A stretch of DNA of 63,910 bases, filler included, from Octopus bimaculoides (Eukaryota): assembly GCF_001194135.2 (NCBI RefSeq). It is 4 parts of 4 records of this genome, joined end to end, with 100 filler letters (N's around TTAATTAATTAA, not from the genome) between each part and the next. Parts side by side here need not be neighbours in the genome. Positions count along the whole stretch, not along the records: positions 32,084 to 60,637 come from NC_068994.1; 3 more parts are not named here. One strand, written 5' to 3'. The position numbers and the translations under genes were made by a program. The notes beneath the pieces were generated by a model that saw only the letters and a program-made list of their open reading frames with translations, made no database searches and had not been told where the DNA came from. Of this stretch, positions 35,691-47,858 are shown piece after piece. Within the stretch, counting starts at the first letter, position 1; every line of letters starts with the position of its first letter.

Positions 35691-37502
35691 AAAAGGTTTT
35701 GGTCAGCTTGAGGCTATAGTAGAGGACACATGCCCAAGGCGCCATGCAGTAGAACTGAACTCAAAACCATGTAGTTTACTTTTTTATTCTTTTACTTGTT
35801 TCAGTCATTTGACTGTGGCCATGCTGGAGCACCGCCTTTATAGTCGAGNNNNNNNNNNAAAACAGCGACCTTTGAGCTGCATTTTCATCTTGGGGAAGAG
35901 ATGGAAGTGTGCACTCAAAAGGTTTTGGTCAGCTTGAGGCTATAGTAGAGGACACATGCCCAAGGCGCCATGCAGTAGAACTGAACTCAAAACCATGTAG
36001 TTTACTTTTTTATTCTTTTACTTGTTTCAGTCATTTGACTGTGGCCATGCTGGAGCACCGCCTTTATAGTCGAGCAAATCGACCCCAGTGCTTATTCTTT
36101 GTAAGCCTAGTACTTATTCTATCGGTCTCTTTTGCCAAACCGCTAAGTTAAGGGGGACGTACACAGCCTTTTCTGTGCCTATAAATGTCCTGTTTGGAAA
36201 ACAACAAAGCACGTACAGTGGATCAAATATTTTTTTATTGAGAAATATATTATAGTTGGTCACACAAATGTTTCCATTACCTTGAAAAATGGTGACAGCA
36301 ATTGCCATCCCAAACAAAATATGTAGGGGAATAGTTTGGTAGACCCCTAAGTCACCAGACATTTCTACTGCTATAGATTTAATTAGAACAAAATACCCCA
36401 GTTATCAGAACAGCTGGTATCTTGTCAGCTTGCAATCGTTCTTCTCCTGTAAGACACTAATTTTACAAGATTGCTGCTGGAGAAAACATCACTGCTGGTC
36501 ACATTTCAGGTGAGAGACTTGTCACCTGGGAATGTGAAGCTTAATAGAAATTAATAAAACAAAAACTAAAAACTATTTATCCTAATTCCATATTCACTCA
36601 GCCATGTTAGATTTTTTAAATACCCAATCATGAATTCTTATATTAGCAATTGAAAACACCACATTAATAAACCTTGAAGCCTCTCAGACCAACAAAGAAA
36701 GCTTCTACATAATTGTTCAGCCAGCTAGAAACAGCAACCAAATTTCCCTAACATCTTAAGAAAAACTCAATGGATAATGTTGCCTTGTGCTCCTTACATA
36801 TAGGACTCTGTGTGTGTGTGTGTGTATGTATGTATGTACACACACCCGCATACAAACAAATATATATTCATCTATCTCTTTATCAGTCTGTCCATCTGAC
36901 TGTCTATCTTTTTGTCTGTCCGTATGCATGTATGTATGTATATGTGTGTGTGTGTGTGTGTGTATGTATATGTACATATGTATGTATATGTATATTCTCA
37001 TGTAATTCAATGTGCTGAGATGTATTCAGTTTATTTTCAAATTCAACTCCAAGAAACAAACATGTTTTTGTCATCAATATTTGTGTAGTAAAATGTGTGT
37101 GTGTGTGTATGCGTGTACATATACACAGAAATGCACACACATATATAGATATGCTCTGCAAAAAGTGATGACAAAGACAGATTTGTTTGTTATCTTGGAG
37201 TTGAATTTGGAAATAGACTCTCTTTGCATGTGTAAGTATGCGTGCATATCTTTCAATTTTCTTTCTTTGTTTATTTATCTATTTAAAACTTGCACCATTC
37301 CTCACCACGGATTATCATTGAACATTTCCATTTGAAGCTACCATTGATTATTACCTCTACCTAAATTTTTACTTGATCGTGGATCTACCTAATCCATTCC
37401 CATCTTACTCTGATCTTTCCCTCATTCTCAACAAACTGGAATACACTAATATCCTCAATTGGAGACTTTCCCTTGCTTTTACATCATCATCCTCCTCCTC
37501 CT

Positions 37503-37762
37503 CATCATCATCATCATCATCATTTAACGTCTGCTTTCCATGCTAGTATGGGTTGGACGATTTGACTGAGGACTGGTGAACCAGATGGCTACACCAGGCT
37601 CCAATCTGATTTGGCAGAGTTTCTACAGCTGGATGCCCTTCCCAACGCCAACCACTCCGAGAGTGTAGTGAGTACTTTTACGTGCCACTGGCAATGGCCA
37701 TGCTCAAAATGGTGTACTTCACGTGCCACCTGCACAGGAGCCAGTCCAGCGGCACTGGTAAC
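37503..37762 (-). mobile_element. RTE-tail retroposon
   Basis: Reverse complement of the 27150-27556 family, with (CAT)n tail. Confidence 0.85.
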
Positions 37763-38059
37763 AATCTTACAAATCGGCCTAGTGAAGGGATGAGAGTGGA
37801 CAAAAACAGTCTCCAAATCCATAGGCCTAATGAAGGCTGACAGAATCAGAAGGATCAATGCATTCTATTACACATAAGCTTAGTAGAGAGGAATGAAGGA
37901 AGATGAACCAATGGTGTCAGCAAATGGGTGATGGAGGGTTTCAAAGAATTGAAAAGGTGTAAGGTGAGAGGAACAGCAAGATATATGATGTATGCCTGGC
38001 AGAGCACAGTCTCTTAACCTCTGAAGACTACCCTCATGTTATGGTGTGTTTGTTGGTGG

Positions 38060-38270
38060 TGGTCAGGTCTTCTGCAGCACCTCATGTCACTGATTAACAT
38101 GGTCCGTAGTCATCTCTTGTGTAAGATGCAGCATCTTCAGATTAGCATTCACTATTTCTTCTTAATGCACATGTCCCTACTGGTGCCAGTTCCTGTCTTC
38201 CACACTTCACCTGATTCCTTGTACACCAAGTTTTCTCTCAGCTCGCTTGTACTCTGGCATCCTTGTACAC
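38060..38270 (-). mobile_element. RTE LINE C-terminal fragment
   Basis: Minus-strand QSTSELREKLGVQGIR..GHV, degenerate. Confidence 0.6.
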
Positions 38271-39012
38271 AATTATACACACACACACACACATGCTCAC
38301 ATATTTTCTCAACCCTGGTCATCTTCAAGAAGGGGCAATCACCAAGTCAACGGCTAGAGCCAATGAACCTTTTCATTTCCTAAGCTACACTGGAATCTGT
38401 CATGTTGATGCTGTCAATACCTCTGAAAAAGAAATGAAAAAGATAAAATTTGGAGCACATTGCATAATATTATGCTATCATTTCTAATCTATGATCCACT
38501 TAGGTTTTGTTTACAAACACCCACTACTTTGTGTCTTTCTGTATAGTGAATAGAAATAAAGTCACAGGAAAAATGGCACATTTCATTTCAATACTACAAA
38601 CCAAAGTTTATGTAGTTAAATAATACTCAAGTTACTTGTTAACGAAGAATGTCTGTGTCGTTTTCAACATCCTGAATACAAATATTTTTTCTTATGTCAG
38701 TCCTTCTGTATAAAAGTGTTGGAGTGTGTAAATAAAAGACACAAAGTACTCAATACATGTTTATCTTTTGAATTTTAATCATTTACTGGGAGTTTAAAAA
38801 CAATCCTTGTCACACACTTAATATCTTTGAGTGTGTCTGTGAATTAATTAATGAATATAACAACCTGTTTCGAAGTCTCAATGTCAGATAGGCATACACA
38901 CACACACATTTTATGTTTGAGTACTGATATATATATAATAAGGTGGTTCACTGATATTCTCACATTTGCATATTGTTAAATGACCAAGAGAAATTTTCTT
39001 TAAAAGTATGAG

Positions 39013-39443
39013 CAGGGCTGGCTTAAGACCCATTGAGGCCCTAAGCACTTAAAAGAATTGGGTGCCCCCAGAAAAGATTATGTAATTCAAAATATAAACA
39101 ATGACAAACCATAAAATAAATTTTCATTTTTCAAAACGAAACAAAACAGTAAGAGGGAAAATAATGTTTTATTTTTTTTTATTTCCACTTCATTTATATT
39201 TGAAAAGTTTCCACCTTCCTTTTTGAATTGCAAAGTCTTTGATCAGATCCTCAAAATTAATCTTAGGTAACACATCTGCATCTATATTTAGTAGAGATAA
39301 AGGTATACCGAATATTATTTTAGCAAGTTTAAAGAGATTTCTTTTGTACCGTAAACCATTTACCATTTCTGTGGTGCCCCCCCCTCCTTCCCTTGATGCC
39401 CTAAGCACATTGCTTATTTTGCTTGATGGCTAATCCAGCGCTG
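39013..39443 (-). mobile_element. hAT internal-deletion derivative retaining the transposase C-terminus
   Basis: TIR CAGGGCTGGCTTA / TAATCCAGCGCTG, exact 8-bp TSD AGTATGAG (39005-12 and 39444-51). Minus-strand LLNIDADVLPKINFEDLIKDFAIQK resembles the hAT C-terminal dimerisation end. Confidence 0.85.
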
Positions 39444-40126
39444 AGTATGAGGCCTGAACTGTTAATGATTACTTTTTAGAAACAAAGTCAGTCTGCTGGC
39501 AGAATTGTTAAAGCATTGGGAAAAAAAAATGGAAAAAGAGCCTGGTTGTTATTGCTTTGGTTCTTTAGATTCTGAGTTCAAATCTGGTCGAGGTCAACTT
39601 TGCCTCTTAGCTTTACAAAGTCAATAAAATGGAGTTCAAGTCAAGTAGGGGAATAAAGGGGCTGACTAACTCTTCCCCTTGAAGGGAGGGGCATGGTCGA
39701 TTGCATCGACCCCAGTGATACTTATTTGATCGTTTCGATATGAAAGATTGAAAGATAGTCATGCACCCGCAGCCATCAGACCGATTTACGGGTACCTTGC
39801 ACAGTACAGTATTAATAAACTTGTATAATTTATACTAGTGCTCCGGTGTCTGTATTTCATTTCATTAACCAAGTAAATTTTAATATTTGCTTAATTCAAA
39901 GCGGTGAGCTGGCAACATGCTTAGCGGCATTTCGTCCATTTTTTACGTTCTAAGTTCAAATTCCACTGTTGTCGATAAAATAAGTAGCAATCTTTTGTTT
40001 TGACTCGAAACATAGCCACCGGGAGTATTTGTCTCCTTCAGCGTAAATTAATGGGGATTATAAGAGATTCCGGACCTCCAGTGTCCGAAAAGTCAATGTT
40101 GTACCTGTGTTATTTAGATGTGGGAA

Positions 40127-40347
40127 GGCGGCGAGCTACAGAACGGTTACTGTGACGGACAAAAGATTAGCGGCATTTCGTCCCATCACTTCGTTCTGAG
40201 TTCAAATTCCGCCGAGGTCAACTTTGCCTTTCATCCTTTCGGAGTCGATAAATTAAGTGTCTGAGCACTGTGTGTGTGGGGGGGTGTAATCGACTAGCAT
40301 CCTCCCACCAAAATTTCAGGACTTGCTCCTGTGGTAGAAAGGATTAG
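40127..40347 (+). mobile_element. tRNA-derived SINE with Meta-type central domain
   Basis: ggcggcgagct head, B-box gagttcaaattcc, core ctttgcctttcatcctttcggagtcgataaattaagt. Related copies at 39900-39990, 43685-43895 and 56760-56880. Confidence 0.75.
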
Positions 40348-40364
40348 TTAGAGATGGTAGAACA

Positions 40365-40450
40365 TTAACACGTGCTACGTGATATCGTTCGGAATAGTCG
40401 CTAAGCCGGAAGTAGCAGTCACGTGTATGAACCGGATATCCGGTTACGTC
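40365..40450 (+). promoter_or_regulatory. UBLCP1 proximal promoter (CpG-rich; E-boxes, ETS site, palindrome)
   Basis: CACGTG at 40369 and 40420, CCGGAAGT at 40406, palindrome AACCGGATATCCGGTT at 40430-40445, all 85-165 bp upstream of the ATG. Confidence 0.65.
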
Positions 40451-40530
40451 CCCTCCCCTTAATCAGTTCGTGTTTTGCTCATCAATAATAACAACGTCGA
40501 GAATTGTCAACCTCAGTCTTGTCTGCAAGG

Positions 40531-40696
40531 ATGGCAGCAGACACACCAGTAGAAATGACTGTCCGCTGGAGTGGAAACGAGTATAAACTGACCGATCTAA
40601 CAAGTTCGAATACTGTCGCAGATCTAAAGTCCAAAATACAGAACTTGACCGGAGTTCTTCCTCACAGACAGAAGCTTTTAGGATTGCAGTACAATG
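40531..40696 (+). CDS. UBLCP1: Ubiquitin-like domain-containing CTD phosphatase 1, coding exon 1 (UBL domain)
   Basis: ATG at 40531. MAADTPVEMTVRWSGNEYKLTDLTSSNTVADLKSKIQNLTGVLPHRQKLLGLQYN resembles human VKWGGQEY...LTGVLPERQKLLGL. Donor G|gtttgc, phase 1. Confidence 0.95.
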
Positions 40697-41541
40697 GTTT
40701 GCGCTTGGATTTCATTGTTTTCATGTCAATGCTTAAACCTTCTATTTACAGTCTGGTTAGAAGAAGATATAGGATTATCTATTTTATATTTTAAATGCAG
40801 GCATGATTAGATAAAGTCGAGCTTGTTCCTAATCAGTCTTAGAATTCGAGCCTTTTAAAATTAGGAAACGAACTAAAGAAGAAGAAAGAAAAAAAAAATG
40901 AGGCGACCCTTCGCTTGTATTATTTATTATTATTATTTTCTTCCTCCAATTTACGCAATTACAATAATGGGCAACCCATTATATTGCAATCTGTCATTTA
41001 TTAAAATGGAATATGAGTAAGAGTGTCCGTTGCCGAAATGAGTCAGAAAATGGAAAATAATTTTCTTTATGAAGCTATGACAGTGCTGTTATAAACATTA
41101 GAGCTTAGTAATGAATGATTCCATCAAACATTCATTTTGATTCGATTGACGAACCCAAATCTATATTTATCTCATTTTTAAAGACATGGCAATATATCTA
41201 GGAATATAAAGTTAAGCGCATTTATTATTATTATTATTATCGTTCATCTGATTATTTTCGAGTATGAGAATAACTACCGTAATTATGAAGTACTAATCCT
41301 TGTGATCAGTTTAAATTACACACACATGTGTGTGTGTGTGTAAATATGGGCTTGTGTAAGAAACATGAAACCGAAATCATTTTTAACCTGAATTTAAATT
41401 TGATTTGTTTGTCATTAATTAAAACTTATGGCTTCTGATGATTACTGAATAATAAGCAAACATAACTTTTGGAAAAAGATGAAAAATTGTAAGGAATAGG
41501 GAGAGAAATCCACAAAAGCCATTAGCCTTGAAGAAATAATA

Positions 41542-41747
41542 CAGGGTGTCCACAAAGTCTGGGTACATGGGGATTAACACATACTTTAAGAAATTATTAT
41601 TTCTTATATTTAATTGTTTATGTTATGATTTTATTTACTCCATGTACCCACATGGGGGATTAACACATACTTTAAGAAACTATTATTTCTTATATTTAAT
41701 TATATGATTTTATTTACTCCATGTACCCAGACTTTGCGGACACCCTG
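41542..41747. mobile_element. Tc1/mariner MITE with internal tandem duplication
   Basis: TIR CAGGGTGTCCACAAAGTCTGGGTACATGG / CCATGTACCCAGACTTTGCGGACACCCTG (1 mismatch), TA TSD on both sides. Confidence 0.88.
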
Positions 41748-42225
41748 TATCTTAATTGCTGTGTTTCATAGATTCCTTTTCTGTTTATAGATGTGGTTTG
41801 TGTTCCGCTATTACCTCTTTATGATACGTGTTACAATTAATAAATATTATAAATTAAAAAGTTAAGGACTATAAGCAAACCTCTTTCTCCCTTTTCACAC
41901 ACCCACTGAAAAGGGTTACCATCAAATCGTTGTTTTTCTTCTTATTTAGCTCTAGTAGTTCAACCCCAATCGAGCAAACCTATGAACAAAATTATTCCAG
42001 TCATGACCATGCTGTCTTATTAAGGGTTTGGAGGACAACATTATCCACCGTCTCCTTACTCGATGCAAAGCAGTAAGCGTGATTTGGTTTTTTTTTTGGG
42101 GGGGGGGAGATTTCGCTGTTATTTCTAGCAGTTTTCCTCTAGCGATCTTTTGTCCAATATAAAATGATATTTTCACCAATGTACAAAGAACAAACTATCC
42201 CCAATCTAATTGCTTATTATTCCAG

Positions 42226-42317
42226 GTCGACCTCCAGAGGATGACATTCAACTTGGAACCTTAAACCTCAAACCTAATCTCAAAATAATGATGATGGGTT
42301 CCAGAGAAGACGTTTTG
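42226..42317 (+). CDS. UBLCP1: UBLCP1 coding exon 2
   Basis: ttattccag / TTG|gtaaat. (G)[30 protein letters not shown], with conserved KIMMMG. Confidence 0.95.
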
Positions 42318-42829
42318 GTAAATTTTTTTTTTTACACTCTTTTTTTCTTTTTCTTACTTTGCTTTATCTGGAGGCATATGGCCTAGTGGTTCATGTGTTG
42401 CACTGACATTCACAAGATTGTTTCAATTTCTGGACTTGGTGGTGCAGTGTGTTCTTGAGCAAAACACTCCATTTCACATTGCTCCGGTCCATTCACCTGC
42501 AAATGAGTAACAGCAGTAACAAGCAAGTTAACCCTTTGATCGACTGGCATCCCATTCAGAGGATGAGTGTTGTAATCTCAGTTACTTCATCGCCATGGAA
42601 ACAGGGCCAAACTCCTGATGAATCCTAGGGTTCTAGACAGATTCTGCTATTCACTTGTATGATGTATTATCATAGTAAATAAGCATCATTGTCAGAAATG
42701 TTGTTTAAAAAAAAAAAAAAAAAAAGGTGAAGTTATCATCTTGAGTCCTGCTGACTTTTAAGGGCCAGTTTCCCAATTTGCATGGCGTATATACTCCCCA
42801 CCTGTATATTCAGTTGTCCTTCAGTCTTT

Positions 42830-42919
42830 CTTTGCCGTGTAAAGGAACTTGGCAGGTTGGGCCTCTAACTAGGCCTTTTGTGATACCCTTCAAGCTAGGA
42901 ACTTTTCAGCACCCCCTTG
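42830..42919 (-). mobile_element. mariner terminal fragment
   Basis: Minus-strand TA-CAAGGGGGTGCTGAAAAGTTCC resembles a mariner TIR. Confidence 0.5.
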
Positions 42920-42944
42920 TATGCATGTATATATATATATATAT

Positions 42945-43298
42945 TTTCCCAGCCCCACATCTTCACACGCACACGTCAAGGACACCAGCCCTCTTCCTCA
43001 CGCACATTCATGCTCTCTTATACACACGCATGCACACCTTCGTTTTGGGATCACCACTACTTTATTATCTCCCCTCCTTCCTAGCTCTCCTGTATGACCC
43101 TTTTGTCCGGCATTCACCATAATAGATCGCTAGCCACTATATATTCTTTATTTTCTCTCCTTGTTCCTTTCTGTGGAAGAGCGTAGGCTTGAAACGTTAA
43201 AGACTTTTTCACTTCCCGAGCATTAAACTAATACATCTGTTTATTGTCTACACCACCTGTCTTCATCTTTTGTTTTTTTGTGAATTTTCCCTATATAT
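42945..43298 (+). mobile_element. Penelope-like pseudo-LTR with degenerate hammerhead-like motif
   Basis: ctgtggaagagcgtaggcttgaaacgttaaagactt followed by a pyrimidine-rich tail, an architecture I recognise as typical of Penelope-like element ends. Confidence 0.55.
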
Positions 43299-43406
43299 TT
43301 ATAAACTTTTAGCAAAAGTTCTATTGTTACATGTTAACAGTATGAGATGAAATATCTCCTTTCTAACAATTTGATTTTTTTTCTTTTTCTGTGTTTTAAT
43401 GTCTAG

Positions 43407-43492
43407 GCTGAAATGCAAGAACCCCCTAAAAATTTATCAAATTTAGTCAATGATTTTGAGATGGAAGACGAAGAGATTTCTATTGAAAATAG
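43407..43492 (+). CDS. UBLCP1: UBLCP1 coding exon 3
   Basis: gtctag / AG|gtaaga. AEMQEPPKNLSNLVNDFEMEDEEISIEN(R). Confidence 0.93.
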
Positions 43493-43684
43493 GTAAGAAC
43501 CAGTTTGATATTCTCAAGTATTAAACAACTTTACTGGTATATCTGTCTGCTGTAGTGACTATGATTCACTTTTTGTGCTTCTGGGATTGAAATAATATAG
43601 CATCATGTCAATACAGGTGTCAGTTAAACCCACCCTTGCACTAAAGTGATATTATGCTTATCTTAGATGTTGTTCTTCTTCTTC

Positions 43685-43895
43685 TGGCAGGATTGTTAAC
43701 ATGCCAGGCAAAATGCTTAGCAGCATTTATTCTGTCTTCATTTTTTTGAGTTCAATTTCTGCCAAGGTCGACTTTGCCTTTCATCCTTTTGGGGTCGACA
43801 AAATAAGTACCGGTTGAGCTCTGGAGTTGATGCAATCGACTATGCCCCTCTCCCCAAATTTCATGCTTTGTGCTTATAGTAGAAAAGAATATTTA
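43685..43895 (+). mobile_element. Meta-type SINE
   Basis: gccaaggtcgactttgcctttcatccttttggggtcgacaaaataagtacc core. Confidence 0.75.
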
Positions 43896-44002
43896 TTATT
43901 ATTAGGGTGTTGCACTCACGATCTAGTGATTGTGATTCGAATTCCTAGACTGGGTGGGCCATTGTGTTCTTGAGCAAAACACTTCATCTCACAGTGCTCA
44001 GT

Positions 44003-44265
44003 CGTTTAACGTCCGCTTTCTCTGCTAGCATGGGTTGGACAGTTTGACTGAGGGCTGGAGAGCCAGAATGCTGCACCAAGCTCCAATCTGATCTGGCAAT
44101 GTTTCTACAGCTGGATGCCCTTCCTAATGCCAACCACTCCGAGAGTGTAGTGGGTGCTTTTTACGTGCCACCGGCACAGGAGCCAGTCAGGTGGGACTGG
44201 CATCAGCCACACTTGGATGGTGCTTGTTATGTGCGACTGGCACGGGACCAGTCAGCTGGCACTTT
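44003..44265 (-). mobile_element. RTE-tail retroposon in UBLCP1 intron 3
   Basis: Reverse complement of the aggaagggcatccagctgtagaa family. Confidence 0.85.
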
Positions 44266-44278
44266 GCAATCATTTTGA

Positions 44279-44332
44279 CACCTGGCACACCATGCACCTG
44301 GCACACCATGCACCTGGCACACCATGCACCTG
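44279..44332 (+). repeat. 16-bp tandem repeat (CACCTGGCACACCATG), about 3.3 copies
   Basis: Directly visible tandem units. Confidence 0.9.
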
Positions 44333-44543
44333 TTCAGACAACATCAATTTGATGGAACGAGTGAGCTTATGTACAGCACAACCATTTGATCGCTATAAAC
44401 AAATCATTTGTGCAGGTCATTAAGCAAAAGCTGAACGCTTATAAACCGTCTTCAACAGGAGAGTCCATTGTTTATTATTATTGTTGTTGTTGTTATTCAA
44501 ATAAACATATTTTTGACTATATCCAAATTTTTTTGTTTTGAAG

Positions 44544-44659
44544 GGAAGAGCACCTCGCTAAAATTGAAAAGCGTGTCAGAGATTATAATGTGACCGTATT
44601 AAACCCACCCAGAGAAGGTAAAAAGCTGTTGGTATTGGATATTGATTATACTCTGTTTG
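44544..44659 (+). CDS. UBLCP1: UBLCP1 coding exon 4 (HAD motif I DxDxT)
   Basis: ttttgaag / G|gtaagt. [38 protein letters not shown]. Confidence 0.97.
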
Positions 44660-45146
44660 GTAAGTCAATAATATAGTGGAAACTTTACTGTGTCATAAGA
44701 TATATATCATCATCGTCATCATCATCATTACATTATGTCTGTTTTCCCTCCCGCCACAGGTTGGACATTTTGATAGGATCCAGCAAGCAGTTGGACTGCA
44801 TTGAGCTCCACTGTTATCTTTGGCATGGTTTCTATGACTGTTTTCTTTTCATTTATATGTATCGTTTGGGTGTGTGAGTGTATGTGTGTACACATATTAT
44901 TGATGCACTGACCAGTATATTTTGGTTAATGGAGATGCACAACAAGGTATACCTTGTGTCAGCAGCACCAGTTTTTAGCCATCACATTAATGCCCAATCA
45001 AATACACCAGACGAGCATAAACAAACATCTCTGTAGATTGGAAAGAGTTGAGAGTGATTTTATATAATTCATATGAAATATGTGTTGGTTACTTAAGAAA
45101 ATAATTAATAACTAACCATTGTCATTTTTGTCTCACATCCATACAG

Positions 45147-45245
45147 ATCACAAGTCAGTTGCAGAACGAGCTGAAGAACTGATGCGACCATTTCTTCATG
45201 AATTCCTCACAGCTGCCTATGAAGATTACGATATTGTTATATGGT
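45147..45245 (+). CDS. UBLCP1: UBLCP1 coding exon 5
   Basis: atacag / T|gtgagt. (D)[32 protein letters not shown]. Confidence 0.97.
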
Positions 45246-45854
45246 GTGAGTAGTTGATTTTATTTCCAATGATAATTTTGTTTCAGCTCATGTTGTATTG
45301 ATAAGAATTGTTGATGTTGTTATTGTAGAGTACCTCCATTCTTTGTTATGCATTATTCATTCACAGGTCCACCTGACAGGCTCCCATGCCGGTGGCACAT
45401 AAAAAGCACCATCTGAACGTGGCCGGTGACAGTACCCGCTGATTGGCTCCTGTGACGGTGGCACGTAAAAAGCACTATCTAAATGTGATCAATGCCAGTA
45501 CACTCTATGAAGTGATTGGCATTAGGAAGAGCTTAGAAACCATAGCAGAACAGACACTGAAGCATGATGTAGTCCTCCCATCCATTAGATCTTTCTTTCA
45601 TTCTTTTATTTGTTTTAGTTATTTTGACTGTGGCCATGCTGGAGCACCACCTTTAGTCAAACAAATTGACCCCAGGACTTATTCGTTGTAAGCCTAGTAC
45701 TTATTCTCTTGGTTTCTTTTGCTGACCTGCTAATTTACAGGGGCATAAACACACCAACATCAGTTGTCAAGCAATTGTGGAGGAACAAATACAGATACAC
45801 AAACATATACACATACATACATGCATGCATGCATACGTATGTATGTATATATAC

Positions 45855-46008
45855 GATGGGCTTCTTTCAGTTTCCGTCTACCAAATCCACTCACAAAAAG
45901 CTTTGGATGGCCCAAGGCTATAGTAGAAGACACTTGCCCAAGGTGCCATGCAGTGGGACTGAACCCAGAAACATGTGGTTGGTAAGCAAGCTATTTACCA
46001 CACAGCCA
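45855..46008 (-). mobile_element. tRNA-derived CORE-type SINE
   Basis: Minus-strand gtggctgtgtggtaa...gggttcagtcccactgcatggcaccttgggcaagtgtcttctactatagcc. Many degraded copies elsewhere (3.4, 14.6, 16.5, 28.0, 35.7, 47.4, 54.7 and 62.9 kb). Confidence 0.75.
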
Positions 46009-46615
46009 CAACGGAGCCCATGCCAACATGGAAGACAGATGTTAAATGAAGATGATCTAGATGATAATCATAATATATGTGAACCAAAATGAGAAACTTT
46101 GATCTGAATAAATGTGGATCAACATTACTAAGTTTTAAAACTGGTTTTGAGTGCAAATGCGTAGAGAATCATGACTCAGGTGTTAGGAAAGGCATCAAGC
46201 TTTTGAAACCATACCAAAATAGACAGTTGGAGCCTGGTGCAGCTCACTGCCTTGTCAGCTCCTTGTCAAACTGTCCAACCCATGCCAGCATGGAAAATAG
46301 ACTATCAAATGATGACGCCAGTAACAATGTTGCCACTGTTGACTTGACGACGACAATGAGTCATTAACCGGTGTCAAATTTATAGAGGTGATGGGTTAAC
46401 TGTAACAAATATTTGAAAAGAAGTGCTAAATAAACAGACACAATAAACATTGTGTTGTTGTTGTTGTTGTGTGTTGCCTTTCCTTGTCATTATGTTGCAT
46501 TGTTCTCATACATTTATACTCTTTTGCTTGTTCCAGCCCATGGTCTGCTGCCATGCTGGGGCCATCTTTTTATATGTCATCTTTTAAATCTGTGTTGTCT
46601 TTCCCCTTCTGTCAG

Positions 46616-46752
46616 CGGCGACCACTATGAAATGGATTGAGATTAAGATGAAGGAACTTGGGGTAACTAGTCATGTAAACTACAGGATAACCTTCATGCT
46701 TGACTATATGGCTATGATTAGCGTACACACTCCAAAATATGGAGTTGTCAAG
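46616..46752 (+). CDS. UBLCP1: UBLCP1 coding exon 6
   Basis: ccttctgtcag / AAG|gtcagt. (S)[45 protein letters not shown]. Confidence 0.96.
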
Positions 46753-46845
46753 GTCAGTGACATTTTGCGTATATATGTGTGTGTGTTTTCTCTTATGTTG
46801 TTTCATTTATTTATTTGCATCCAGTTTCACAGGAGTGCAATAGAC

Positions 46846-47140
46846 CAGGGGTTTTCAAACTGTGGTCCGCAGACCACAGGGGGTCCACAAGGACAAGACA
46901 GGGGGTCCGTGGACAGCAAATACTTTTTATGGGCAATTTGATTTTATATATGTTTTTTAATCAAAATCTTTTAATTGACAATAAACCTATTTGTTAAATA
47001 CTGTTAAATAAGTAAATGTAAAAATATGTTATTTTAAGCAAATATTTATGTATAAATTTCATAAGCGTTTATAAGGGGGTCCCTAAGGTAAAGCCTGAAA
47101 TATAAAGGGGTCCTCAAGTCAAAAAGTTTGAAAACCCCTG
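46846..47140. mobile_element. hAT (Charlie-like) MITE
   Basis: Perfect 15-bp TIR CAGGGGTTTTCAAAC, exact 8-bp TSD CAATAGAC (46838-45 and 47141-48). Confidence 0.92.
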
Positions 47141-47858
47141 CAATAGACAATGATGATGATGCAGGTTTTCTCAGACCTTCAGACAATTTTTCTCTGAACT
47201 TCAAACATGAATGGCACTATAGCTGGATATGTTTCCATGGGAAATTACAAATGAACAAATGTTGCTGGTATAACAGTAACATTTGTTTACAATTAGCAGG
47301 TGGTGTCAAGACAAGGAGATACACACACGCACGCACACATATGGTGGGCTTCCTTTAATTTCCATGTACCTTATCTCCTCACACTGTTTTGGTCAGCTCA
47401 AAGCAATGATGGAAGACATTTATGCAAGCTGCTGCACAATAGGATTGAACCTGAAACTCTGTGTGTGTGTGTGTGTGTGTGTGTATCTGGTACACCCTGT
47501 GAATTGGTTAGGGATAAAAAGGGCATTGAGGCACAAAAACCAAGCAAAAAATGAAATGTGAGGGAGAGAGACAGACAGACTGACACACACACAGATGTGA
47601 TCCTCCGACCTGGCTATGAGAGACGTTGTTCTAAATAACAACTAACTCAGACTGTGACAACCTGTCCAACCCATATCAGCACGGAAAGTGTATGTAAAAT
47701 GGTGATGATGATGAAGTTAGAGGAGAAGGAGGATAGAAGCCTGCTTGGACAAGTGAAACCAATGCAGCCAAAGTCCAGCCTGACCATCTGCACACAAAAG
47801 AATTATAATACTATGCTATATGAGCTTATTTGAACATTATTATTGTATTTCCTTTCAG

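Noticed and set aside
35634-36080. Near-identical tandem duplication of about 215 bp
   Set aside because: The copies sit either side of a short N gap, typical of an unmerged contig overlap.
40504-40794. ORF-track 96-aa product starting at TTG and reading into the intron
   Set aside because: The true start is ATG 40531 and homology ends at the 40696 donor; the tail is intronic read-through.
44279-44332. CRISPR-like array
   Set aside because: Contiguous 16-bp tandem repeats with no spacers, in a eukaryotic context with no cas genes.
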